Source of the DNA: Octopus sinensis
Lineage: Eukaryota
Reading direction: 5' to 3'
Length of the DNA stretch: 64,000 nucleotides
NCBI RefSeq assembly: GCF_006345805.1
Contig: NW_021835125.1
Location: 1-64,000 of the forward strand
Below are positions 40,097 to 52,054 of the stretch, piece after piece (positions within the stretch are counted from its first letter, which is position 1; each line of letters begins with the position of its first letter). A program made the translations under genes and the position numbers. The notes below the pieces were generated by a model, which saw only the letters and a program-made list of their open reading frames with translations, was not told the origin of the DNA and did no database searches.

Positions 40097-40573
40097 CATC
40101 GCCTTAAGATAGCTATTTGACACACAAACTGTGTCCATTATAACCTTCGAAGAAGGGAGGTCAGCCGCTTCACACTGCCAGTCAGACAGCTACAGACGCG
40201 TTTCAGGGTATTTGCCCTTTGCCAATGTAGCGTAGTCAGACCCCGCAGGTGTCGCCACTGATCGTCTCTGTTCGAAGGTTTTATTTACCTAGTTTCGGTG
40301 GAATACATCCACTTGTTTTCAATAATACAAATATTAAAATTACTAAGTCTCTCTAAAAGATATTACGGCAGCGTTACTGGAAATGAATTGCTATCGCCAT
40401 ATTAATATGGCAGTCTTATAGATATAAGACTAAAAGCTGTCGCTGATTAGCTCCATGAGGCCATCACCTTAAGATAGCTATTTGACACACAAACTGTGTC
40501 CATTATAACCTTCGAACAAGGGAGGTCAGCCGCTTCACACTGCCAGTCAGACATCTACAGACGCGTTTCAGGG
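40094..40573 (-). mobile_element. Tandem ~365-bp hammerhead-bearing repeat (Penelope pLTR / retrozyme-like), 1.3 units
   Basis: ggccatc(g/a)ccttaagatagc recurs at 40094 and 40459; same unit as 46175-46890; hammerhead-like motif at 40189-40231 (minus). Confidence 0.8.
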
Positions 40574-40858
40574 TAATGGCCTAGTGGTTAGGGCAGCGGA
40601 CTCGCGGTTTCGATTCCCAGACCGGGCGTTGTGAGTGTTTATTGAGCGAAAACACCTAAAAACCTCCACGAGGCTCCGGCATGGGGGGTGATCCCTGCTG
40701 TACTCTTTCACCACACTTTCTCCCACTCTTTCTTCTGTTGGCCTGCTCGCTTAGCCAGCGGGGTGGCTTCATTCGAAGGCTAAAACAATGCGAACGCATT
40801 GTGACCAGCGATGTGTAACAACATCTGATGATCTGGTCGGTCACGTGATCACGTGATA
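40572..40858 (+). mobile_element. SINE family B2 with a small deletion in the tRNA-like head
   Basis: Matches 27261 copy; 14 nt between two tcgcgg repeats are missing; sits inside stem II of the second hammerhead copy. Confidence 0.9.
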
Positions 40859-41564
40859 TATATATAGGGGTGAAACATGAAAAATCAACGAATATGCACA
40901 CTGCAAATAAAAAAAAGGCTATTTGTGACAGGTAACGACAAATACATACATTTAGATTGACTGAGGTAGTAATACGAGTCATAAAAGTCATTATTATGAG
41001 ATGATTAAAAGATGAAAATAAAGTAAGGGAACAAAACGGACCATGGTTTACGCAAAGCTATATATATATATGTATATATATTATTAGATAATATATATAT
41101 ATATATATAAGCACTCACACTTTCACACATAATATGATTGTCATTGAAAAGGTCCAATGAATGAGCTCCCTCCTTGGTCTGCCTTTCTTAATATATTCTT
41201 CATCTCATCTCTCAATGGACAGCATTCAATGACAATTTCAAGACATCGCCTTTTGAATAGATTGAAAATAAGGATGCAAATAATTATAAGCTCCTATTCG
41301 AGTGTTAGTGTGGATGTGGGAGTAGCGAAAAAATTCATAAAAGGACTAGAACAGAAACAGCAACAACAATAAGAACAACAATGCTGCCTCAAGTAAATCT
41401 ATAAGAATTCGCTAATCGCTTCAATGGAAGTTCTTAATGATTTGGATTTTATTCTCAGTGATTTTAGTGTTTTTTTAAATTGTCGTAGAATGATTAACAA
41501 TTGACAAAATGGTTGCTATGGTTACCGAGATTATAATGATTTTATAAAATTCCCTAATGCTTGT

Positions 41565-42040
41565 TAATGTTGTTGTTGTTGGTGATTTTCTCTATAATTG
41601 CAGGTTTTTGCGTATTCGTTTATATATTTCTACAAATTCCTGGGAACGACTGATGTTTCTTGTTAATTTACGAGTGTGTCGTTTTTCCTTTTGATGTTCC
41701 TCCATTTGGCTTTCTTTTTGTTGTCGTTTTCTCCACATGTGGTTGCTGTTATTGTTGTTGTAACTGTCGTTGCTGCACTTGTTCTTTTTGTTATTGTTGT
41801 TGTTGTTGTTCTGCTTGTGATTACTGCTTTTATTGTGTCTTTTATTGTCCGCGTTCATTATTGCTATTGTTTTTAATGTCAGCACTCTCATCGTTTCTAT
41901 TGTTGTTGTCTTTCTCATTGCCTCAGTTGCTGTCATTCTCATTGCTTTCATTGTTGTTGTTGTCATTACTTTAATTGTTGTTGTTGTTATTATTCCAGAT
42001 GGCATTGTTGTGATGACTCTTGCAATTGTTGCTGCTGAAT
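41565..42040. repeat. Degenerate (TTG/TTA)n low-complexity tract
   Basis: Direct inspection. Confidence 0.8.
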
Positions 42041-42356
42041 ATATATATGTGTATTTGTGTGTCTATGTGTGTGTGTGTGTATATATATATAGAGAGAGAT
42101 AGATGGATGGATGGAAGGCTGGGTGGATGGATGGATAGATATATCATAAAATCAATGTGAATCTGTTTTATTAACAATATCACTTACAGTAAAGGATATA
42201 TACATATATATACTTATATAAAACCAATCTGATATGCGTACAAACTTAAACACACATATATGTATTAGAATATATATATATATAATATATACTATACTAT
42301 ATATATATATATATATATATAGATAATCGTGTTCGTTCTATAGTTGTTCTAAATTC

Positions 42357-42757
42357 TTTACTCTTCTAGGCACAAGGCCTGAAATTCCCGGGGGCAGGGG
42401 ACCAGTCGATTAGATCGACCCCAGTACGCAACTCGTACTTAATTTATCGACCCTGAAAGGATGAATGAAAAAGTCGACCTCGGCAGGATTTGAACTCAGA
42501 ACCTAAAGACAGACGAAATACCTATTTCTTTACTACCCACGAGGGGCTAAACACAGAGAGGACAAACAAAGACAGACAAACGGATTAAGTCGATTACATC
42601 GACCCTAGTGCGTAACTGGTGCTTAATTTATCGACTCCGAAAGGATGAAAGGCAAAGTCGACCTCGGCGGAATTTGATTTCAGAACCTAGCGGCAGACGA
42701 AATACCACTTAGCATTTCATCCGCGTGGCTAACGTTTCTGCCAGCTCGCCGCCTTTG
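42357..42757 (-). mobile_element. SINE family C dimer
   Basis: Junction gacgaaata|cctatttctttactaccc at 42520/42521; TSD agttgttcta(a/c)attc (42342-42356, 42758-42772). Confidence 0.9.
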
Positions 42758-42994
42758 AGTTGTTCTACATTCATGGACTTTGTGGTTATTGTTGCGTGTC
42801 CTAATTCTTTTCATTGCTGTTACTGCTACTGGTACTCACAGTCCAAGTTTTTCAATAATAATTTTTTCAAGGGCGGTTCTAATCCAGTAAGTCTATAAAC
42901 AAAAGACATTCCAACACAGACAAACAACTCTTTTTTTGTTTACTGCTATTCTCTATCTAACCTCAAATTAATGTCGCCATGATAGATCGTTAGC

Positions 42995-43162
42995 CACTAC
43001 ACACATTTTTTTCTCTCCTTGTTTTTTTCTGCGCCCCTTTCTGTAGAAGAGGGTAGGCTCGAAACGTAACAGACTTTTTCTATTCCTGAGCGTTATACTA
43101 ATACATCTATTTGTTTTGTACATCACCTGTCTTCGTCTTTTGTTTTTTCGTAAACTCTCCCT
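42995..43162 (+). mobile_element. Penelope-like terminal fragment with decayed hammerhead-like motif
   Basis: 43037-43072 cttt-ctgtaga-a-gagg(gtag)gctc-gaaa-cgt-a; reverse complement matches repeats at 53775-53920 and 54205-54300. Confidence 0.5.
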
Positions 43163-44099
43163 TTCAAATTAATTAGATTAGCATAATGATTTTTTAATGA
43201 CAATTATGTGATTTGAGGGACATTCGGCTGATATTTCTAACAGGTTAAAAAACCAAGTGGGCGCCCTCTTTCACGCTACATTTTAATGTGTTTCTACTTA
43301 TATGCGGTTATTAACCTTTTCTTACGCTATACCACTAATCTTATTCCCAGAAATATGTGTTTTGGCTACAGGTTTTATATATTGTTTTTGTGTTGTGTTT
43401 TTTTATGCTTGCAATTCAGTTGTGCATAATGTTATCATTATAAATACACCAACCAGAGAATCGATCCCAAATAATGACAGCTTCTTGTAAACACCTCGTG
43501 ATGGGCATTCGACTCATGACGTAATTAGTTTCGCTTCAGAAAATACAAATTACATGCAAAAACTCAAACCCAAACCAAACGCACACATACGCACACACAC
43601 ATAGGCACACACGCACACATACACACACACACACGCGCGCGAACACTCTCATGATTACACGCGCGCTTTCACTTAGATGCAATTTTACTGACATATATAT
43701 ATGCCTGTGTGTGTATGCATAAATATACATATATATACTCTCTCTCTCTTTCTCTCTCTCTATCTATATATCTATATATATATATTATGTGTGTGTGTGT
43801 GTGTGTGTGTGCATGTGAGGCGTGCTTGCATATAAGTAGTAGAAAATGGGTGATTAGAAGAATGAGGATGTGGAGGGAGAGTTAGGATCCATGTGGCGTA
43901 GATAAGAATGATTCCATTTCTTTGCTGACCCTTCATTCTAAAGTTCCCGTAACCTTTAAATCATTCCGTTCCATCACTAATTAATGGAGGGGAGGTTTCT
44001 ATCCCAATAGCTGTGTGTTCTTTAAAACATGACATGCAGCAGACATTCACAGAGACAACAGGAAGCTTCTCCTCTTCTCTCCCTTTCTATTCCGCTCTT

Positions 44100-45000
44100 T
44101 TTCGCATGTTTTCGCTCGGTTCCTTCTCCTCTTCCTTTCATTGTTTACATCTTCCTTTCATACTTTCCCGCCTTCTTATTTTTTCCTTTCTCTTCTTTCT
44201 TTAATTCTTTGTTTTATTTTGAATTTTTCCTGTAATTTTGTTGTTGTTGTTGTTGTTGTTGTTATTTCTTGTTACGTGTTGTTCTTCTTTGGTCATTTAT
44301 TTCCATCATCTTTTAAACCTTTATTCTTCCTTAACGTCCATTTTCTTTTCTTCAGGTCATCCTTCATCCGCATTCTGCTTTCTTTCAATCTTTCTTCTTC
44401 CTTTCTATTTTCTTCCTTTTCTCTCTTTTTAGTTTTTGTCATTCACCTTCTTTTCAGTTGTTTTAATTTTCTCTTTCTGAACATCTCTCTTGCATTCCTT
44501 CTTTTCGTTTTGTTTCTTTCTTTTCTTCTTTCTTCCTCCCTTCTTTTTCTTCTTTCTTTCTTCCTTTGTTTCTTTGTTTGTTTCTTTGTTTCTTTGCATC
44601 TTCCTTCCTTCCATTCTTTCTTTCCTTTCTTCTTCGTTCCTTTCTTTCTTTCTTTTCTTCTTCCTTCCTTTCTTCCTTTTCTTCTTTGTTCCTTTGTTCC
44701 TTTCCTTCTTTCTTCCTTTTCTTCCTTCCTTCCTTCCTTTTCTTTCTATCTTACTTTCTTGCTTCACTTCACTTCTTTGTTCCTTTATTTCTTCTTTTCT
44801 TTTCTTCTTTGTTCCTGTCTTTCTTTCTTCCTTTCTTCTTTCCTTTCCTTCCTTCCTTCTTTCCTTTCTTTCCTTCTTTCTTTTCTTGCTTGTTAATTTC
44901 TTTCTTTCTTTTCTTCCTTCATTCCTTCATTTTTCTTTCTTTCGTATCATTTCAAGTCTAAATCACTTCCTTCTTACCTTACATCTTTTACATTTTTAGT
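44100..45000. repeat. About 900-bp polypyrimidine (TTC/TTTC/TTCC) tract
   Basis: Plus strand almost entirely C/T, especially 44500-44945. Confidence 0.9.
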
Positions 45001-45410
45001 CTAACCTCCCTACTTTCATCATACATAATTTCTGACTGTAATTTATATATTTTCCCTATTTTCCTATATTTTATTTTTTTCCTTCTTATTTTACGCTTTG
45101 TCCCTTCTTTGTCCTTTAGCTTAAAAACCCATTTTTTTAAAGATTTAATTCAAATTTTCAAAATTAAATGACAAATTTCAACTATGGATCAACTAAGGGT
45201 TTTTTGTTCCTGGAATTAGTCGTTGCTAGCTAAGCTTAGCTTTAATCGCTCTGAGAAAAGAATAGCGTGGCTCACTATTGTTTGTGCAAGTTCAGTCAGG
45301 TCTGTATGGGCGGAGCGGTCGCCACAAAGACCAAGGCGAAATATCAAATGCTATCCTCACAGGCGCCTTGTTAGCAACGCAGCGTTATGAGCCTTACTAA
45401 CTTACTAACA

Positions 45411-45415
45411 AACGT

Positions 45416-45471
<56 letters not shown>

Positions 45472-45481
45472 GCTACTACTG
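45411..45481. repeat. (CTA)n microsatellite
   Basis: Direct inspection. Confidence 0.95.
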
Positions 45482-46344
45482 CGTCGACATCGATGGCTCA
45501 TTTCTTCGTCTCTGATTTATTCTTAAGAATTTATGGTCGATATTTTAAGCCAGCATCGTAATTAATTAATTTTTAAAAAGGGCTGGATTTTTAAGGAAAG
45601 GGTGGATAGACGAATGGATTGTAAAGATGTGTTATAGAGTATGATATGAATGAGACATTTGGTATTGATGGATGAATAATGGAAAAGACGGTTGAATGAG
45701 ATGGGTGGATGATGCTTGGGTTGTGTGAATTGTAACAGGGGAACTGAAAATCTAGGAATTATTTTATAAGGCATATTAAATACTTATTTCAGATAAAAAC
45801 CTACAAGATTCGGAATAGTTTTGTTAACATGGTGAAACACCACATTTCTGTTAGGTTAGAATCCTTGACTCATCACAGAAACGTTTCTTCGTAGAGTATT
45901 TTCGATTTCAGTTTCCATGGTCGTAGCTCTGATCAACTTTCTAGTTTGTACCCTCATCTTTAAAAATGTCTCCCGCTTTTCTTCTCAGGCGCATCTTTAC
46001 TCTATCGTACTTTCTGTTAATTGTAAGTTATTTTATACTAATAGATTCTTTCCTCGAACTGCTCGTCTCTGGAACTCACTGACATCGAATTGTTTTCACC
46101 AAAACTATGATATTCAGTGCGTTACGTTAGAGCCCTCCATTTTGTTTGAATCAATATATATATATATATATATATTAATTGTTATCGCCATATTAATATG
46201 GCATTCTTATAGATATAAGAATAATCGCTGGCCGCTGGTCAGCTCCATGAGGCCACCGCCTTAAGATAGCTATTGATACACGATCTGTATCCATTATAAC
46301 CTTCGAACAAGGGAGGTCAGCCGTTTCACACTGCCAGTCCGACA

Positions 46345-46386
46345 GCTACATACGCGTTTCGGGGTATTGCCCCTTGTCAATGTAGC
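46345..46386 (-). ncRNA. Minimal type I hammerhead ribozyme (U3:A8 variant, GUA site)
   Basis: Minus: gctaca-TTGACAA-gggg(caata)cccc-GAAA-cgcg-TA-tgtagc. Confidence 0.75.
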
Positions 46387-46619
46387 GCAGTCAGACCCGC
46401 AGGTGTCGCCACTGACGTCTCTGTTCGAAGGTTTCTATTTACCTAGTTTCAGTGGAATACATCCACTTGTTTTCAATAATAGAAATATTAAAATTACTAA
46501 GTCTCTATAAAAGAGATTACGGCAGCGTTTACTGGAAATTAATTTGTTATCGCTGAAACTAGGTAAATAGAAACCTTCGAACAGAGACGTCAGTGGCGAC
46601 ACCTGCGGGGTCTGACTGC

Positions 46620-46661
46620 GCTACATTGACAAGGGGCAATACCCCGAAACGCGTCTGTAGC
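46620..46661 (+). ncRNA. Minimal type I hammerhead ribozyme (U3:A8 variant, GUC site)
   Basis: gctaca-TTGACAA-gggg(caata)cccc-GAAA-cgcg-TC-tgtagc; 6-bp stem I, 4-bp stem II, palindromic stem III ACGCGU; putative cleavage after 46655. Confidence 0.8.
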
Positions 46662-46904
46662 TGTCGGACTGGCAGTGTGAAGCGGCTGACCTCCCTTTCG
46701 AAGGTATAATGGATACAGAGATGTATCAATAGCTATCTTAAGGCGGTGGCCTCATGGAGCTGACCAGCGGCAGCGATTATTTATATCTATAAGAATGCCA
46801 TATTAATATGGCGATAACAATTAATTTCCAGTAAACGCTGCCGTAATCTCTTTTATAGAGACTTAGTAATTTTAATATTTCTATTATATATATATATTTA
46901 TATA

Positions 46905-46940
<36 letters not shown>

Positions 46941-48244
46941 TGTATGTATGTATGTATGTATGTATATGAATGGACGAACAGAATATTTGTTATAAAAGTA
47001 AAATTATGTGAGTTTTCATTGCTTTACAGTCTACTTTACACGGAGCATACCATGGAGAGATTTCTTTGGATCACCGTTTAGTAATGTAATCGACGATTTT
47101 TCATTCCTCTGGAAATCCAAACGAAAAAAAGGGTACGATCATCTGTTGTGGAAATTAATTTTCTGGAAATACAGAATGAATTGGAAAATATCGTGCTGAA
47201 GACTGTAATGGTTCTACCAAACCTCCGCTCTGAACTGGTTATTTTATTCTGTTGCGCTCGGAAGCATTAAAGTCGATCTTGGCAATATTTCAACGAAGTA
47301 GGTAGAGCGCCGGAACAAATACTGCAATGCGGTTTATCTTTCACTCAATCTATGACGTTTAGCCTCCTTTCAAATATCGCCCCAGCATTGAATATCAGAC
47401 GGGTTTAGATTTACTTAAACCTTGTCAATGACTTGTAACACATCATCACATGATTAAATGAAATTCTTGACATTTTGATGCCCTTTTGGAATGAATGATA
47501 TTTTTACATTCTTAACAGAATATTTTTCTGCTATCCTTGAGACAATTATCAGTGAATATGTTGTCCGTTCCTACATGCAAAACTAAATTATCCAAAGCCG
47601 GTATCGAGGGATCTTTGACGAAAATATTGTTAGATTCTGTAGAAAGCGAGATCTTCCGACACATAAAAAAGAAGAAACAAACTTAATCTTCCCGATAGAA
47701 ATTCTGTCCACTTTGGATGCATGGTTAGTCGCAGGGTGATTATTTCATTTTGCCAGAAGAAATATATTATTTGTTTCTCACAGAACGTGCGACAAGTCGT
47801 ATATCTTTGTAGAATTACGCAACAGAACATGAGTAAGGAGATAAGGATAGTTCCATTGGTCAAACAATATTAGGAACAAATAAGGAAATTTGGTTATGAC
47901 ACCTGAGTTCATATATGATCAATTTTGTTAGCGCAGATACTTTCCTACATTTTTAGAAGTTAGTTGAAAATTGTTTGCGAGTGTAATTTGAAGACAAGAT
48001 TCCATAAGCAAGTTGCATATCTTCTAAACGGCAAGAAAGATTTACGATAGATTCTCGAAGAATCATTGTCTTCAGAGAGAAACACTGGACTATAAAGGTA
48101 ATATTGTTCGTTCAATCCTAAACCATGAATAACTACTCACTTTGGTTTAGATTCCATTACCTATTTTTCTTAAAACTGCTCGATATTCAGATTAGGATTT
48201 AGATATTCACCAAGATATTTGTGGAATTGCTGTGAAACACATTA

Positions 48245-48285
48245 ATACACGCAGACACACACACACACGCACACACACACATACA

Positions 48286-48335
<50 letters not shown>

Positions 48336-48461
48336 TATCTATAAATATACATATATATATAATATATATATGTGTGTGTGTTTATACACGCAGAATGTAT
48401 TGTGCGTTAATGCGTTTCATAGCAAGTCCACAATTATATATATATATTATAGTATATATCT

Positions 48462-48528
<67 letters not shown>

Positions 48529-48537
48529 ATATGTGTG

Positions 48538-48582
<45 letters not shown>

Positions 48583-48640
48583 ATATGTGTGTATATATAT
48601 ATATGTATGTATATTAGTGTGTGTATATATAATATATGTA

Positions 48641-48690
<50 letters not shown>

Positions 48691-48700
48691 TATATATATA
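48245..48700. repeat. (CA)n and (TA/TG)n microsatellites
   Basis: Direct inspection. Confidence 0.95.
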
Positions 48701-49260
48701 AATGCCTTTGTGTATTGTGTGTGGTTTTAAAAGATCAAATATTTAAATAAAATAGAGAGAAGCGGTCGCAGATTCCATTCGGTCCAATAGCTCATCGGAT
48801 TGTACGTTATGCAACATAACGAATGTCCTGCAACTGTGTTTTATCGTCAGGTCCATGCACGATTCACCGTGGAAAATAATCCAACGCAAATTAGATTACA
48901 AAAGCCAGGAAAACAGAACAAATAAAACAAAACAAACGGGAGGAGGTATTGGAATCGGTAAAGAACCAGATTTGATTATCGCATTATAATAGCTGTCATC
49001 TTAGCGGTATTTTCTGTCTAATCGCGATGTCGAATGAACCGCATATGGCGATTTCATAAAAAAATCTATTGTTTAATTATCGAATCATCTCCGTTCTCTC
49101 TACACAGAGTTACTGTTAAAGACTAACAAGTTGCATTTTGCTACGATTCCTCGGCCAATCCTTTAACATTTTATTAATATACACACATACACACAGGGAC
49201 ACATGTCTGTATATGAATGCATGTATATCTATATATCTCATATATGTATATATATATCTA

Positions 49261-49590
49261 TGGTAAGTAGCTTGCTTACGGACCACATGGTTCCGAGTTC
49301 GGTCCAACTGCGTACAACTTGGGCGTCTTCTACTATAGCCTCGGGCCCGACCAAAGCCATGTGAGTGGATTTGGTAGACGGAAAGCGAAAGAAGCCTGTC
49401 GTATATAGGTATATATATATATGTGTGGCGTATATGTGTGTATATATTTGTGTGTCTGTGTTTGTCCCCCACCAACATCACTTGACAACCGATTCTGGTG
49501 TGTTTACGTCCCCGTAACCTAGCGGTTTGGCAAAAATACCGATAGAATAATCACTAGGCTTACAAAGAATAAGTCATGGAGTTGATTTAC
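49261..49590 (+). mobile_element. SINE family A, truncated at both ends
   Basis: tggtaagtagcttgc...aagaataagtcatggagttgat. Confidence 0.85.
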
Positions 49591-49639
49591 TAGTTAATTA
49601 ATGTTGTCCTTTGTTATTATATATATATTATATATATAT

Positions 49640-49672
<33 letters not shown>

Positions 49673-49726
49673 TTAGTGTAGGAAGAAATGGAGCTGAACG
49701 AAGATTTAACAAAATTCCTTTTTATT

Positions 49727-49811
49727 ATTTTTACATATGTTTCGAAGGCTGCAAAGTCCCTAATTCGGATTGAATAAGGAGTCCATTTTGCAGCCTTCTC
49801 TTCAGGAAAAT
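49727..49811 (-). ncRNA. Type I hammerhead-like motif with canonical core and 12-bp stem II
   Basis: Minus: atttt-c-CTGAAGA-gaaggctgcaaa...tttgcagccttc-GAAA-catatg-TA-aaaat; palindromic stem III ACAUAUGU. Confidence 0.72.
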
Positions 49812-50554
49812 CCAGGAACTTAATTCTCCAACAAAATGCACAGCAAGCTTTTCGACAAACGCTCACGAGGAGCCCATGGAATAAAGGCAACAAACTGTCT
49901 ATCCATATGCGTTGACGCCAAGCTGGGTGAAAATATATATTATATATATATATATATTATATATATATATTATATATAATATATATTATATATATATATA
50001 TATACTCGCACACTCTCACATACAGGTATTTCTATATCAAGCTAGCTTTTTCAATATATTCTTGGAGTTTTTCTAACATGATCGTCTTTTAGCCTCATAT
50101 TCTTCCTATATTTCTTTCTCCCATCTTTATCTCCCATCGACATTTTGCCTTTATTACCCTCTTTCTTTCTGCTACCTTCCTGCACAGGTGTTTATTTCCG
50201 TTGCCTCACACTACGCAATAGCAATTCGTGATGTATGGCTCTTTGCGTTCCTTCCGGTGTATATAAAATTAATATTTTTCTATATTCGTATCCATAATCT
50301 CCGCTTCTGTGCATCATATACTCGTAGCTGCATGAATAAACATTTTGTGTGCTTGTGTGCGCGATATAACTGTTTTGATATTTACCAATAAACTTTACAT
50401 GCATAATGGCGATATATTTATTTTTTTAGTACACGTTTGTAAGCTAGTGTTCACACGCAAGCACATAATGCATATCGTATATCTAAAAAGTATGTTATAT
50501 ATTTTTAGTTATATTTCAAATATATATTTCGTGTTGCAAGCACCTGTATATATA

Positions 50555-50636
<82 letters not shown>

Positions 50637-51250
50637 TTATTATGCATATATTTATGTATGAATACATATCCCTGTGTGTGTGTGGGGGGGTGAGCGTTTG
50701 AGGGTGCGTTGCGTAACCAGTAATCTATCGTACGTCATTTTAAGGTATATTTTACGGAAACAACTGATTAAAAAAATTTTGAATACATCTTCGCACCTTG
50801 CCAGTATTATTGTAATACTTTTGTAATAATTTTTCTATGCCTAATCAAATCTATGCGATACTTACAAAGCGTCCAAATATTGGAATATTGAAAATATGAC
50901 TAAAACTCAGCGAAATGCGAAATACCATGCTTTTGGTACATACCTATATAGACGCAAGCACACACAAACACAGAGACATACAGATAGACAGGCAGATACA
51001 CACACGCAGATGCACATACACACAGGCACACACATACAAACATTCACAAGCACACACACACACATCCAACAGTGTCAACATGAAGCAGTGTTTAGACATA
51101 AGCGAACTTTAGGTTAGTTAAAATATGTTTGCTTCGTATTTTCAGCTTCTAAAGGCGGAATTCCCTGCATTTACAGGGGAGAATGAATTCTCCCTTAGGT
51201 TGAAAAAGGTGTAAATGCAGAGTATATGTTCAGTGATACCCCTTGTCGGA

Positions 51251-51293
<43 letters not shown>

Positions 51294-51490
51294 AAGACAG
51301 AGAGAGAGAGAGAGAGGGAGAGAGAGCAATTGAAAGACAGAAGATGGAATATATAAGAATTTATTGTTAATCACAACAATTATTTTGACAATCTACCATC
51401 GATTCATCTTGGATGTGTATGTGTATGCATATATATATTATATATATATATATAGACCAGACATATATATATACATATACGCATACGGTA

Positions 51491-51523
<33 letters not shown>

Positions 51524-52054
51524 TATATTATATATATATATATATAATATATATGCGTATACGTGTGTGCGCGCGTGTATATTGATATATATATATATAT
51601 AATACATACATAAATACATACATACATACATACATAATACACTCACACACACCACCCACACGTATATTCATATATACATATGCATATGCATGTATATATA
51701 CGTATACATATATATTCCTATATATTCTTTTGTTCCTCGTTACACGACGATTTTCGCAATGGCGCTCAAACCAATTGATAAAGCAAATCAGTTCCAAAGC
51801 GAAGACATAATGATATATAATACAAAACAAATTACACAAAGAGACTCAAAGAGTAATGTAATCAAGCACCACATTCATCTAAATGCCTAATATATTCTGT
51901 ATCATCAGCTTCCATAAATTTATGGCGGTGTGAGAAATCGGCGCTCCGTCGGTTGCGACGACGAAGATTCCAGTTGATTCGATCAATGGAACAGCCAGCT
52001 CGTGAAATTAACGTGCAAGTGGACGAGCTCTCCGCAGACACGTGTACACTCAAC

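Larger units (their letters stand above)
46175..46888. mobile_element. Inverted arrangement of the ~363-bp hammerhead-bearing repeat (Penelope pLTR-like)
   Basis: 46175-46452 is the near-perfect reverse complement of 46552-46826; the unit restarts at 46538 (ttaatttgttatcg). Confidence 0.85.

Noticed and set aside
41592-42102. 137-aa T/M/N-rich ORF and hydrophobic ORFs on the opposite strand
   Set aside because: Products of a degenerate (TTG)n tract.
44141-44999. 251-aa F/L/S-rich membrane-protein-like ORF
   Set aside because: Translation of the polypyrimidine tract; several frames are open for the same reason.
40094-46888. Repeated blocks that might suggest a CRISPR-like or prokaryotic system
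   Set aside because: No repeat-spacer array and no cas or operon-like genes; the context is eukaryotic repeat DNA.
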